This document shows positions 13,564 to 26,399 of a stretch of 64,000 nt of DNA, one piece after another. Made by a program: the position numbers and the translations under genes. The stretch covers positions 1 to 64,000 of the forward strand of contig NIVC01000717.1 in the NCBI GenBank assembly GCA_002269645.1, in the 5' to 3' direction. This DNA is from Macrostomum lignano. Lineage: Eukaryota. Position 1 is the stretch's first letter. Each line of letters starts with the position of its first letter. Below the pieces are notes generated by a model. It saw only the letters and a list, made by a program, of their open reading frames with translations, searched no databases and had not been told where the DNA came from.

Positions 13564-14244
13564 ATGCCGCTACTGCAGCAGTCGGAAAGTCGGGCATGGC
13601 AGCACGCTTATCGATGCATCAGCGACTCAGTTACGCAGCTGCTGCTGGCCACTCGATGCAATAGCAACAGGTTACTAGCGGCAGCAGCAGATTCTACTGC
13701 TTCAGCAGCAGCAGCAGCCGCCGCCGCCGCCACCGCCGCTTTACATTTCCTTTGGTCGCCTCCAGATCGACAAATCTTGTTTGTCGATTATATGCTACCC
13801 TTAGCAACCGTGAACAGCGCTAGTAGTATTAATCCGCACAGTCTGACAGCTTTATTTGATCGTCTGTTAGACGCATTCTATGATCACTTTGTGGCCTGGG
13901 CGATGCCCTTGATCCGACGGGGTGCCTCACCAGCGAGTTCAACAGTCAGCACCGATGATGAAGGAGACTTCAACAGTGTTGACGCATTTAGCGAGGAAGC
14001 GGTCTTGGCTGAGTTTGTCGCTAAGCACAGGGCAGATCTAGCAGCTACTAGGCAACAGGCCCGCCTATTACTGCGCTGCGTTCCTCTGCAAGCAGCCGCC
14101 GGCTCTGGCGTCAGGCTGCTTCTAGCCCGCTTAGCAACTACTTATTGCGACCAGTTGAATGCTAGATTGATGCTGCGGCAGTTGCAGTCGCACCTGCGAC
14201 ACAGGAGAAGGGATAGGTGCTGCTCTAATCTATGGAATTATTAG
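13564..14244 (+). CDS. Intronless 226-aa ORF of unknown function nested in the last intron of the RNF38/44-like gene
   Basis: ATG-to-TAG ORF in non-repetitive, coding-like sequence. It has a poly-Ala run like the host gene and amphipathic helical segments. Confidence 0.55.
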   Translation: MPLLQQSESRAWQHAYRCISDSVTQLLLATRCNSNRLLAAAADSTASAAAAAAAAATAALHFLWSPPDRQILFVDYMLPLATVNSASSINPHSLTALFDRLLDAFYDHFVAWAMPLIRRGASPASSTVSTDDEGDFNSVDAFSEEAVLAEFVAKHRADLAATRQQARLLLRCVPLQAAAGSGVRLLLARLATTYCDQLNARLMLRQLQSHLRHRRRDRCCSNLWNY

Positions 14245-14316
14245 AAGCCTGTAATCAAGCTTTAACTAATCAAGTTTACTAACTTTGTTCAAAACAACCG
14301 TACATACTCATTTCAG

Positions 14317-15163
14317 TTCTCACACCAGAAGACGAGTTGCAGCAGCAACAGCCGCAGCCGCCACAGCAACAGCTTCATCGTCTTCTGCTTCCGGCGACGC
14401 TGCTTCAGCTGGTTCTGCTTCTTCAGCAACTGTGCCAAACCCAAATGGACCTGCACGTGTACCGTACCGCCTGCCGCAGCACCAGCAGTTGAACAATCCG
14501 ATGGCTCCTGTTGCTGCTCAGCGGCAGATTCTGCATCCGACCCGACCCGAAGGCCGCCAGCAGCCGCCGCCGCCGCCGCCGCCGCCCCCTCCGCCACGTC
14601 AGCAGGCTGCACCGATGAGCTTCCAGCAGACAGCGGCCAGCATGGCTTACCAGCATCAGCACCATCTGACTGGAGCAGCCAGCTCAGTTTACCACCTGCC
14701 ATTCCCTGCTCACCAGCATCATCACCAGTTCTACCAGCCTCCAACCTGCTACCTACCCGGAACTCATCATCAGCAACAGCAGCATCAGCATCCGCATCCG
14801 CATCATCACTCGGTGGCCGCTGCTGCCGCTGCCGCCGCCGCTGCAGCAGCTGCTTACTGCCCGCCATACTGCTGCCTTCACCATCAGCAACAGCATCAAC
14901 AACAGCATCAGCAGCAGCCACCGCCGCCGCCACCTCCGCCAGCCCCCTACCCTGGATTCCTACTGCACTTCCTAGCCATGCTTGATCATCAACAGCAGCA
15001 ACAGCAGCAGCAACAGCAACAGCAACAGCAGCAACAACAGCAACAGCAACAGCACACTGCTCGCAGCCATCACCCGCAGCAACAAGCGTCATTTTACATG
15101 CCTCATCATCATCAGCAGCAGCAGCAACAGCAGCGTCAACCGCAGCAGCCGCAGCCTCATCAT

Positions 15164-15197
<34 letters not shown>

Positions 15198-15499
15198 GAG
15201 CCTCCGCTACAAACAATATGGACAGCCTGCTCCATCTGGCTGCTCAAATTGGCGACAACAACAAGCCCAGAGGCATGCACCGCTCCGAGCTTGACAGCTT
15301 GCCAACTTACCGCTTCGTTGCCCCTGGCAACCAGTCCAGCTGCGTTGTGTGCATGTGCGACTTTGAGCCTCGCCAGCAGTTGCGCTCGCTGGCCTGCGGT
15401 CACGAGTTCCATGTCCGATGCGTGGACCGCTGGCTGCGGCACAATCGCACCTGTCCGGTGTGCCGCGCGGACGCAGCTAAAGGCCATCAGTCTGCCTGA
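14317..15499 (+). CDS. RNF38: Terminal exon of RNF38/RNF44-like RING-H2 E3 ubiquitin ligase
   Basis: CVVCMCDFEPRQQLRSLACGHEFHVRCVDRWLRHNRTCPVCRADA and NMDSLLHLAAQIGDNNKPRGMHRSELDSLPTYRF match the RNF38/44 C-terminus. TTTCAG acceptor at 14311-14316; AATAAA at ~16115. Confidence 0.9.
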
Positions 15500-16309
15500 C
15501 TCACTGACTGACCAGTGTGTTTTCTCTGTATTCCTAGCTGCTTTTTGTAAGACTTATTGTAAAACTACTGAGTTGCCGTGACGAATTAAACAAAATTATA
15601 AATATATAGTATATTTTTCTTATTATTGCTGCTGCCAAAAACATTAACTAATTTGCTTTTTTGTGTACACGATTGAATCTATCAGTTATATTATATTTAT
15701 TATTATATACTATGCACAAATCAATACTGCAATAGTTCCCAAATAAAATAGACTTTTGTACACACTGCTACTGTCCTTAATCTCATGTGTGTTTGTGTGT
15801 GTGGTTGCCTACCCACCATTAAGCTGTTAATTGAACTTTGCGCCAAAAAAGACATCTTCAAACGCCAATGGTTCTTTGTGACACTTACAAATTAGTAAGC
15901 TTTATCTGTTTAAATTGTGTTTGAACTCCCAAATTTGTGTTTGTTATTGCTTGCTGCTGTTTTTTTCTGCTTCTAAAAGCATCCCAATCTGTCTTTTTTG
16001 TAGTATCTGTTCCCGGCTTTTGTTGCCTGTTCCTTTTGTTTAATATATTCGTTTTTACAGTTTCCTATTGTACAAAATTTTTATTTTGCATTACAATATG
16101 CGAAATATGCGAAGAATAAATAAATAATCACAATGCAAATTGTTGTCCAGATGGCAACTGTTGCTGCCTGTTTGACCCGCGGCGTCCCTGGGGCAGTCAG
16201 CTTCTTCATTATGCCGAGAAAATCAATTGTATTTGCTTCTTTTGGCGTTATTTCATTTGGGTTTATTTAGCTCATATAAGTAACAACAATTTAGACTTGG
16301 CTATCCACT

Positions 16310-19300
16310 GACACCCTCCCAAATCCTCAGTTGCTGGGCCAGCCTCCCAGATCCTCAGTTGCTGGGCCACCAGCCTCCCAGATCCTCAGTTGCTGAGCCA
16401 GCCTCCCAGATCCTCATTTTCTGAGCCACCAGCCTCCCAGATCCTCAGTTGCTGGGCCACCAGCCTCCCAGATCCTCAGTTGCTGAGCCAGCCTCCCAGA
16501 TCCTCAGTTGCTGGGCCACCAGCCTCCCAAATCCTCAGTTGCTGGGCCACCAGTCTCCCAGATCCTCAGTTGCTGGGCCAGCCTCCCAGATCCTCAGTTG
16601 CTGGGCCAGCCTCCCAGATCCCCAGTTGCTGGGCCAGCCTGCCACATCCTCAGTTGCTGGGCCACCAGCCTCCCAGAACCTCAGTTGCTGGGCCAGCCTC
16701 CCAGATCCCCAGTTGCTGGGCCAGCCTGCCACATCCTCAGTTGCTGGGCCACCAGCCTCCCAGAACCTCAGTTGCTGGGCCAGCCTCCCAGATCCTAAGT
16801 TGCTGGGCCACCAGCCTCCCAGATCCTCAGTTGCTGAGCCAGCCTCCCAGATCTTTAGTTGCTAGGCCAGCCTCCCAGATCCCCAGTTGCTGGGCCAGCC
16901 TGCCACATCCTAAGTTGCTGGGCCACCAGCCTCCCAGATCCCCAGTTGCTGGGCCAGCCTGCCACATCCTCAGTTGCTGGGCCACCAGCCTCCCAGATCC
17001 TCAGTTGCTGGGCCAGCCTCCCAGATCCTCAGTTGCTGAGCCACCAGCCTCCCAGATCCTCAGTTGCTGGGCCAGCCTCCCAGATCCTCAGTTGCTGAGC
17101 CAGCCTCCCAGATCCTCGTTGCTGGTCCACCAGCCTCCCAGATCCTCAGTTGCTGAGCCACCAGCCTCCCAGATCCTCAGTTGCTGGGCCAGCCTCTCAG
17201 ATCCTCAGTTGCTGAGCCAGCCTCCCAGATCCTCAGTTGCTGAGCCAGCCTCCCAGATCCTCGTTGCTGGTCCACCAGCCTCCCAGATCCTCAGTTGCTG
17301 GGCCAGCCTCCCAGATCCCCAGTTGCTGGGCCAGCCTCCCAGATCCTCATTTGCTGGGCCAGCTTGCCACATCCTCAGTTGCTGGGCCAGCCTCCCAGAT
17401 CCTCAGTTGCTGAGCCAGCCTCCCAGATCCTCGTTGCTGGTCCACCAGCCTCCCAGATCCTCAGTTGCTGAGCCACCAGCCTCCCAGATCCTCAGTTGCT
17501 GGGCCAGCCTCTCAGATCCTCAGTTGCTGAGCCAGCCTCCCAGATCCTCAGTTGCTGAGCCAGCCTCCCAGATCCTCGTTGCTGGTCCACCAGCCTCCCA
17601 GATCCTCAGTTGCTGGGCCAGCCTCCCAGATCCCCAGTTGCTGGGCCAGCCTCCCAGATCCTCATTTGCTGGGCCAGCTTGCCACATCCTCAGTTGCTGG
17701 GCCAGCCTCCCAGATCCTCAGTTGCTGATCCACCAGCCTCCCAGATCCTCAGTTGCTGGGACACCAGCCTTCCAGATCTTTAGTTGCTGGGCAACAGCCT
17801 CCCAGATCCTCAGTTGCTGGGCCAGCCTCCCAGATCATCAGTTGCTGGGACACCAGCCTTCCAGATCTTCAGTTGCTGGGACACCAGCCTCCCAGATCCT
17901 CAGTTGCTAAGCCAGCCTCCCAGATCCTCAGTTGCTGAGCCAGCCTCCCAGATCCTCAGTTTCTGAGCCACCAGCCTCCCAGATCCTCAGTTGCTGGGAC
18001 ACCAGCCTCCCAGATCCTCAGTTGCTGAGCCAGCCTCCCAGATCCTCAGTTGCTGAGCCAGCCTCCCAGATCCTCGTTGCTGGTCCACCAGCCTCCCAGA
18101 TCCTCAGTTGCTGGGCCAGCCTCCCAGATCCTCAGTTGCTGGGCCAGCCTCCCAGATCCTCATTTGCTGGGCCAGCTTGCCACATCCTCAGTTGCTGGGC
18201 CAGCCTCCCAGATCCTCAGTTGCTGATCCACCAGCCTCCCAGATCCTCGTTGCTGGTCCACCAGCCTCCCAGATCCTCAGTTGCTGAGCCACCAGCCTCC
18301 CAGATCCTCATTTGCTGGGCCAGCTTGCCACATCCTCAGTTGCTGGGCCAGCCTCCCAGATCCTCAGTTGCTGATCCACCAGCCTCCCAGATCCTCGTTG
18401 CTGGTCCACCAGCCTCCCAGATCCTCAGTTGCTGAGCCACCAGCCTCCCAGATCCTCAGTTGCTGGGCCAGCCTCTCAGATTCTCAGTTGCTGAGCCAGC
18501 CTCCCAGATCCTCAGTTGCTGAGCCAGCCTCCCAGATCCTCGTTGCTGGTCCACCAGCCTCCCAGATCCTCAGTTGCTGGGCCAGCCTCCCAGATCCTCA
18601 GTTGCTGGGCCAGCCTCCCAGATCCTCATTTGCTGGGCCAGCTTGCCACATCCTCAGTTGCTGGGCCAGCCTCCCAGATCCTCAGTTGCTGATCCACCAG
18701 CCTCCCAGATCCTCAGTTGCTGGGACACCAGCCTTCCAGATCTTTAGTTGCTGGGCAACAGCCTCCCAGATCCTCAGTTGCTGGGCCAGCCTCCCAGATC
18801 ATCAGTTGCTGGGACACCAGCCTTCCAGATCTTCAGTTGCTGGGACACCAGCCTCCCAGATCCTCAGTTGCTGGGCCAGCCTCCCAGATCCTTAGTTGCT
18901 GGGCCAGCCTCCCAGATCCACAGTTGCTGGGCAACCAGCCTCCCAGATCCTCAGTTGCTGGGCCAGCCTCCCAGAGTGTCAGTTGCTAGGCCAGCCTCCC
19001 AGATCCTCAGTTTCTGAGCCACCAGCCTCCCAGATCCTCAGTTGCTGGGACACCAGCCTCCCAGATCCTCAGTTGCTGAGCCAGCCTCCCAGATCCTCAG
19101 TTGCTGAGCCAGCCTCCCAGATCCTCGTTGCTGGTCCACCAGCCTCCCAGATCCTCAGTTGCTGGGCCAGCCTCCCAGATCCTCAGTTGCTGGGCCAGCC
19201 TCCCAGATCCTCATTTGCTGGGCCAGCTTGCCACATCCTCAGTTGCTGGGCCAGCCTCCCAGATCCTCAGTTGCTGATCCACCAGCCTCCCAGATCCTCG

Positions 19301-19460
19301 TTGCTGGTCAACCAGCCTCCCAGATCCTCAGTTGCTGGGCCAGCCTCCCAGAGTGTCAGTTGCTAGGCCAGCCTCCCAGATGCTCAGTTGCTGGTCCACC
19401 AGCCTTCCTGCAGATCCTCAGTTGCTGGGACACTAGCCTCCCAGATCCTCAGATTCTGGG
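16310..19460. repeat. 28/31-bp minisatellite (GCCAGCCTCCCAGATCCTCAGTTGCTGG +/- CAC) with higher-order blocks
   Basis: Tandem units. A distinctive variant block recurs at ~17727 and ~18691. Confidence 0.93.
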
Positions 19461-20084
19461 CCGCCGACGAATAGGCAATAAAAATGATTCAGATTTAGCA
19501 TGTACATTTGCCACTACCGCAGCTGATAATCCACCAGCTTTTGACTAGCTGCTGCGTTGTCACACAAAATATTACCATCATGGCTTAGTCACACTGCTTA
19601 CTACACAAAGCGTAACGCATAGGATATATCAGTTGAATGAGTCGAGGAAACTCCTGTGCTAAAAATAGAACAAATGCTGCGCAGACTACAGTTGGGGGGT
19701 CGCGTATTGGTTTATAGCAGTGAGTCACAGGGGCCGGGGGGCTGTCTCAGTACTGCAGGTCTAGGGAATTCGGATGAATGGTCTTGAATGGGCCTTGTAG
19801 CAGTAGCTATGCTATATTACCATACTGACATTATTAGTATGCACTGCGCAGTGTTGTGCGTGTAGGAAGGAACCAATATGCTGGTTCGAGTTGAATAATC
19901 CTGAAAGGGTAAGGAAACAGAAAGATGGATGGGACGGACAGATGCTGTAGGCTCTAATAGAGAATAATTATAGTTGGAGCTAAAAATAGAATTTCGTCAT
20001 AGATTGTACTTGGAGTGGGGCATCGACAGTAGGACAAAGGCTAAAGCCCGTATGGTTAGACTAATCTCTGTGATTCAGGCATGC

Positions 20085-20620
20085 GTTAAGGAGAGGAGAG
20101 AAGATTAAAATGTAGGAGAAAGAATAGAGAGTCGAGAAGAGAATGCAGACGAAACAGGAGACAGGAGAGAGGTGAGCAGAGAGAAGTGAGTGGAGAGAAT
20201 AGAGTGGAGAGAATAGAGTGGAGAGAATAGAGTGGAGAGAGGAAAGAGGAGAGAGAGGAGAGGGGAGAGAGAAGAGAAGATAGGGGAGACGGCAGAGAGG
20301 AGAGGGGTGAGGGAGAGAGGATAGTGGAAATAGAAGAGGGTTAAGGGAAGAGAGGAGAGGGGAGAGGGGAGAGAGGAGAGGTGAGAGGGAGAGGGGAGAG
20401 AGGAGAGGTGAGAGGGGAGAGAGGAGAGGTGAGAGGGGAGAGAGGAGAGAGCAGAGAGAAGAGACTAGAGGGCAGAGATGTGAGGGAAGAGAAAACAGAG
20501 AAGAAAAATATGAGGCGAAGGAGAGAATGAAGTGAGAAGAGAGAGGAAAGAGAAAAGAGAAAAGAGAGAAGATAAGGGAGGAGATCTTAGAGGTGAGAGG
20601 GAGAGTGAAGAGAAAGTGAT
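20085..20620. repeat. Purine-rich (GA) low-complexity tract
   Basis: Almost pure A/G sequence. Confidence 0.85.
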
Positions 20621-21173
20621 GCGGGGACACCAGTAATCCGAAGATCATACATGTACTTGAGATTAAATTATTAAAGTTTCCAAGAAATCGCAATTTTAGG
20701 CAGTCCCAATGTCATTGAAATGATATTTCATCAGCACAGGGCACTGGCACATGGATCCGCTATACTCGTTTACTGCTCATTAATCTTTTCGCAAATTTCA
20801 CATTCTGTCTTTATGGTTCATGCAATCATGAAGTGAAGAAAGTTCTTTATCAGATATTTGTGTTTTTTTTCTGTTCCAAAAGTAGCTGTTTACCACGAGG
20901 GTTACGAGGGTAAGCGGCCATGCAGTGACAGCTGCAAGTGACATGTAAAGCTGGAAGGTTGCAAGAGTCACCTGATTACTGTCACTTGTGGTGAACCAAA
21001 TTTTTCGGAGGCTACTTAAGTGGCGTAATAAGTGGCTTTTTTGCTCATGAGAGCCGAGTTGGGCAAACTTACTCAAACCTGCGATTGGTTGGCACCAAAT
21101 ACTCCGGTAAGAACGCGAATCAACTTTTTACGAGCTAATCCAGTTATTTTTTCATGCATAAGGTATTCTTCGT

Positions 21174-22120
21174 CAGGTGAAGTCCCTGTCTAACAGGTAA
21201 AGTCCCTGTCTAGCAGGTGAGGTCCCTGTCTAGCAGGTGAAGTCCCTGTCTAGCAGGTGAGGTCCCTGTCTAGCAGGTGAAGTCCCTGTCTAGCAGGTGA
21301 GGTCCCTGTCTAGCAGGTGAAGTCCCTGTCTAGCAGGTGAGGTCCCTGTCTGGCAGGTGAGGTCCCTGTCTGGCAGGTGAGGTCCCTGTCTAGCAGGTGA
21401 GGTCCCTGTCTAGCAGGTGAGGTCCCTGTCTAGCAGGTGAGGTCCCTGTCTGGCAGGTGAGGTCCCTGTCTAGCAGGTGAGGTCCCTGTCTAGCAGGTGA
21501 GGTCCCTGTCTAGCAGGTGAGGTCCCTCTCTAGCAGGTGAGGTCCCTGTCTAGCAGGTGAGGTCCCTGTCTAGCAGGTGAGGTCCCTGTCTGGCAGGTGA
21601 GGTCCCTGTCTGGCAGGTGAGGTCCCTGTCTAGCAGGTGAGGTCCCTGTCTAGCAGGTGAGGTCCCTGTCTGGCAGGTGAGGTCCCTGTCTAGCAGGTGA
21701 GGTCCCTGTCTAGCAGGTGAGGTCCCTGTCTAGCAGGTGAGGTCCCTGTCTAGCAGGTGAGGTCCCTGTCTGGCAGGTGAGGTCCCTGTCTGGCAGGTGA
21801 GGTCCCTGTCTAGCAGGTGAAGTCCCTGTCTAGCAGGTGAGGTCCCTGTCTAGCAGGTGAAGTCCCTGCCTAGCAGGTGAGGTCCCTGTCTAGCAGGTGA
21901 GGTCCCTGTCTAGCAGGTGAAGTCCCTGTCTAGCAGGTGAGGTCCCTGTCTGGCAGGTGAGGTCGCTGTCTACCAGGTGAAGTCCCTGTCTAGCAGGTGA
22001 GGTCGCTGTCTTAACAATCAAACAGGTAAAGTCCCTGTCTAACAGGTAAAGTCCCTGTCTAGCAGGTGAGGTCCCTGTCTAACAGAAAAGGTCTTTGTCT
22101 AACAAGTAAAGTCCCTGTCA
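21174..22120. repeat. 20-bp minisatellite (GTCCCTGTCTAGCAGGTGAG)n
   Basis: Homogeneous tandem copies immediately upstream of ALP1. Confidence 0.95.
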
Positions 22121-22335
22121 AATAAGTAAAGGTCTGTAGACGTTAGGTAGTCAAAAATTCGCAAGTAACTTAATGGATGTTAAATTTGGTTCTTCTCAAA
22201 TAAACTTAGTTTCAAGAGTTAGATTAAAGCTCGATTATAGTACTGTTAGTATACATGTAGGTATAGTAATCCGCGGTTGCAAGAATACGCCTTCAAATTT
22301 CCTATTAACACTTGCTTCAGAAAAGAGGGAAGACG

Positions 22336-25300
22336 ATGCAGGATCAAAGATCAACAAGAGGACTACTCCTAGCGGCCTTGTTTCTGCTGACAATATTCTC
22401 AAACGAAGTGAGTTGTAAGCAGCCAAAGCTCTATCCGCAACCAAACTACGAAACTAAGGAGTACTGGACCAGGTGAGTCGTTTTGCAGTTCCTTCTAGCC
22501 CCAAATGAATATGGCCGAGCACGGCGTCTACATGTGGATGGTGTCCAGATGTCGCGCATATTCTTGAGTCTCCCCTCGTCCCCAGGGATGCCCAGCAGTC
22601 CATGGACCGGGCCTCGCGGGTGCTGCAGCAGCTGCGCTACTCCGCCAAGAACGTCATTCTGTTTATCGGCGACGGCATGGGCGTCAGCACGGTGACAGCC
22701 GGCCGGATTCTCAAAGGCCAGCTCAAGAACTCGTCGGGCGAAGAGGCGTCGCTTGCGTTTGACGAGTTCGATCATGCAGGACTGATCAGGACGTACAACA
22801 TGGACAGGCAGACACCCGACAGTGCGTCCACTGCGACCGCCTTCATGTGCGGTGTGAAGACAAACGGCTACATGCTTGGGGTGAACCAGGATGCAAAGCT
22901 GGGCAGCTGTTCGACTTACGATAGCCGACAGCACGACGTGGTGTCGTTTCTGAAGTTCGCCTCCGAGCAGGTGAGCGTCCAGAGCGGTATTCTTGTAGGG
23001 TTTTTGGGATGATTGTTGTAGGGTTGTTGGGATGATTGCTGTAGGGCTGTTGGGGTGATTGTTGTAGGGTTGTTGGGATGATTGTTGTAGGGTTGTTGGG
23101 ATGATTGTTGTAGGGTTGTTGGGATGATTGTTGTAGGGTTGTTGGGATGATTGCTGTAGGGCTGTTGGGGTGATTGTTGTAGGGTTGTTGGGGTGATTGT
23201 TGTAGGGTTTTTGGGGTGATTGTTGTAGGGCTGTTGGGGGTGACTGTTGTAGGGTTGCTGGGGTGATTGTTGTAGGGCTGTTGGGGTGATTTTTCTGGGT
23301 AATTCTAGCTGGATAGCTCTCTTTCTCTCCCTAATCTCCTCTTCAGGGCAAGGCCACTGGTGTGCTCACCACGGACCGCCTGACGGGCGCAACACCAGCC
23401 CCAGCCTACGCCAGCTCCGTCAGCCGCCAGTGGCAGGACGACACCGACCGAAACACGGACGACTCGAGCCCGGACTCGCCTGAGCAGCGACGCCGTTGCC
23501 CCGACATCGCCACCCAGCTGGTCGATCGGGCCGTCAATTTCACCGTCCTAATGGGCGGCGGTCGGCTCAAACTGCTGCCAAAAAATGTCACCACAATGGA
23601 CCAGTTTGGCGGTGTTCAGGTGAACGGCACACGCTCCGACGGCATCAATCTGGTGGAGCGCTGGAGCAGCTTGCAGCGGCAGCTCGGCCGGCGCCCAGTC
23701 TACGTGGAAACAGCCGACGAGCTGAGAAATCTTCGTGCAGATCAAGCTGACTCAGTTCTGGGTCTCCTATCAACCGAGAAGATGCGGTATCACTCGACAA
23801 ATATTCGTTCTGAGGGTTACCGTGAGCCCAGCTTAGCCGATATGACTCGGAAAGCTCTGGAAGTTCTGCGCAAGAATTCCAACGGTTTCGCTCTGATGGT
23901 TGAGGGCGCCCGAATCGACAGCGGTCACCATGCCAACCAGGCCCAGCGGGCTCTCTACGATGTCCTAGCATTCGACGAAGCTGTCCAAGTGGCTACTGAG
24001 ATGACTAGCATTGAGGACACCCTGATAGTTGTGTCTGCAGATCATAGTCACGTTTTCACTATCGGTCACTATGGTTACAGAGGCCAGCCTATTCTTGGAA
24101 AGATGGTTAGCAAGAGTAGCGACGGCTCGCTGCAGTACGAAGTGGCTCCCGACAACATTGAGAAGACCGTGGCCAGCTACAGCGATGGGCCGAGCGCCAA
24201 GCCGAATCAGCCGCGACCGAACATCACTGAGGATGTGCCTGAGGAGAAGGAAAAATACAGGTGACTGCCTTGGATGCAAAGTGGTAGAGAGGCGCCAAAA
24301 CAGACACAGAGAGAGGCGCCAAATCAGACACAGAGAGGCGCCAAAACAGACACAGAGAGAGGCGCCAAAACAGACACAGAGAGAGGCGCCAAAACAGACA
24401 CAGGGAGAGGCGCCAAATCAGACACAGAGAGAGGCGCCAAAACAGACACAGGGAGAGGCGCCAAATCAGACACAGAGAGAGGCGCCAAATCAGACACAGA
24501 GAGAGGCGCCAAATCAGACACAGAGAGAGGCGCCAAATCAGACACAGAGAGAGGCGCCAAATCAGACACAGAGAGAGGCGCCAAATCAGACACAGAGAGA
24601 GGCGCCAAATCAGACACAGAGAGAGGCGCCAAAACTGACTCGAGAGAGGCGCCAAAACAGACACAGAGAGAGGCGCCAAATCAGACACAGAGAGAGGCGC
24701 CAAAATTGACTCAGAGAGAGGCGCTAAAACAGACACAGAAAGAGGCGCCAAAACTGACACAGGGAGAGGCGCCAAAACAGACACAGAGAGAGGCGCCAAA
24801 ACAGACACAGAGAGAGGCGCCAAAACTGACACAGGGCCGGAGAGGTGCCAAAACTGACTCGAGAGAGGCGCCAAATCAGACACAGAGAGAGGCGCCAAAA
24901 CAGACACAGAGAGAGAGGCGCCAAAACAGACACAGAGAGAGGCGCCAAAACAGACAGAGAGAGGCGCTAAAACAGGCGCAGAGAAGGCGTCTAATCCAGG
25001 CATACTTACGACAGAAATATCTACACGGATCAAGCGGCTCTCACAAAGTGCTATCTTACTAAAACAAAAATTCCCTACCCTTTAATATTCCCAGATACCC
25101 AGCCCTGGTGCCGCGCCATTCCGAGTCGCATTCAGCCGAAGACGTGGCGCTATTCGCTCGGGGCCCGGGCGCCCACCTGTTCCAAAGCGTGCACCAGCAG
25201 TCCTACATTGGTCACGTGATCATGAAGGCCGGCTGTCTCGGCTGGTATGCTCGGACTGGAAATTGTCTGCAAGACCCCGAGTCTGCCACCAGTGCGGCAA

Positions 25301-25404
25301 CTGTTGATCCCCGCACTACCGCGAATGGTGCGACATCGACTGGTTTGAGCAAAGCTGCTTTGTCAATCGTTTTGTGCTGTCTCATGCTGTTGCAGCAACT
25401 TTAA
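22336..25404 (+). CDS. ALPL: Alkaline phosphatase paralog 1, 4 exons (22336-22472, 22586-22970, 23347-24260, 25095-25404; 581 aa), signal peptide and GPI-type tail
   Basis: Motifs AKNVILFIGDGMG, PDSAST, TGATP, EGARIDSGHH, ADHSHVF and ESHSAEDV. All GT-AG junctions are phase-compatible and the total of 1746 nt is divisible by 3. Confidence 0.93.
23005..23290. repeat. 23-bp minisatellite (GGATGATTGTTGTAGGGTTGTTG)n in ALP1 intron 2
   Basis: Direct tandem copies. Confidence 0.9.
24285..24985. repeat. 22-24-bp minisatellite (GAGAGAGGCGCCAAA(T/A)CAGACACA)n in ALP1 intron 3
   Basis: Direct tandem copies with a GGCGCC core. Confidence 0.92.
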
Positions 25405-25519
25405 TATTGTTTACCTCATCTCAATTCAGACTTGACATGAATCTATTATGGACTGATTTTGATTTTAATTTGACTTCTGTTAAAATAAGCTTAAGATTTA
25501 AGGCTTCATGATTCTGATA

Positions 25520-25943
25520 GAGCGGAGAGGCAGATTCTCAAGGAGTCTGAGTGAGTGATGGAGCGGAGAGGCAGATTCTCAAGGAGTCTGAGTGAGTGAT
25601 GGAGCAGAGAGGCAGATTCTCAAGGAGTCTGAGTGAGTGATGGAGCGGAGAGGCAGATTCTCAAGGAGTCTGAGTGAGTAATGGAGCGGAGAGGCAGATT
25701 CTCAAGGAGTCTGAGTGAGTGATGGAGCAGAGAGGCAGATTCTCAAGGAGTCTGAGTGAGTGATGGAGCGGAGAGGCAGATTCTCAAGGAGTCTGAGTGA
25801 GTAATGGAGCGGAGAGGCAGATTCTCAAGGAGTCTGAGTGAGTGATGGAGCGGAGAGGCAGATTCTCAAGGAGTCTGAGTGAGTGATGGAGCAGAGAGGC
25901 AGATTCTCAAGGAGTCTGAGTGAGTGATGGAGCGGAGAGGCAG
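25520..25943. repeat. 41-bp tandem repeat, ~10 copies (GAGCGGAGAGGCAGATTCTCAAGGAGTCTGAGTGAGTGATG)
   Basis: Period 41 from 25520 to 25930, with no spacers. Confidence 0.93.
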
Positions 25944-26399
25944 GTTTAAATTCTATAATAAGGTTACTGTCTGCTAAAAACATGCACGTTGAAACTTGCA
26001 CCCGTAAATTTTACCAATTTTTTAACGTTTTCATGGTTTTATTCGCCTTGCTTATCGCCCTGTTAAAATTTTAAAATACAGTCGAAGAAACGAGCAACCG
26101 AAAATAGAAAAGCTACATATTTCAAAACGTTTGCGGTTTAATCAAATTATTTTTAACCAAATCAAAAGAAAAAATAATGAAAGTAAAGTCAAGAGAAAGA
26201 TAGCATTTTCGCCTATCTATGTATCACGCACCTAAAAATGATAAAGAAGTGGTGACTGAAATGAAAACTATTAAAAGATTTTTTGAAACGCCTTAAAAGA
26301 GAAGAAATGAAATTCAAAATTAAGTGTCGGATTCACCATACAAGCAAATATATGGAGATTGGTGAGAATTTTCTGTACCATTTGGTCCTGAGCAACCAT

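Noticed and set aside
14313-15581. Alternative-frame and antisense ORFs over the RING exon
   Set aside because: They are shadows of the CAG/GCC-rich true coding frame.
25520-25943. CRISPR-like array (41-bp hairpin-containing repeat)
   Set aside because: Units are head-to-tail with no unique spacers, there are no cas genes, and the context is eukaryotic.
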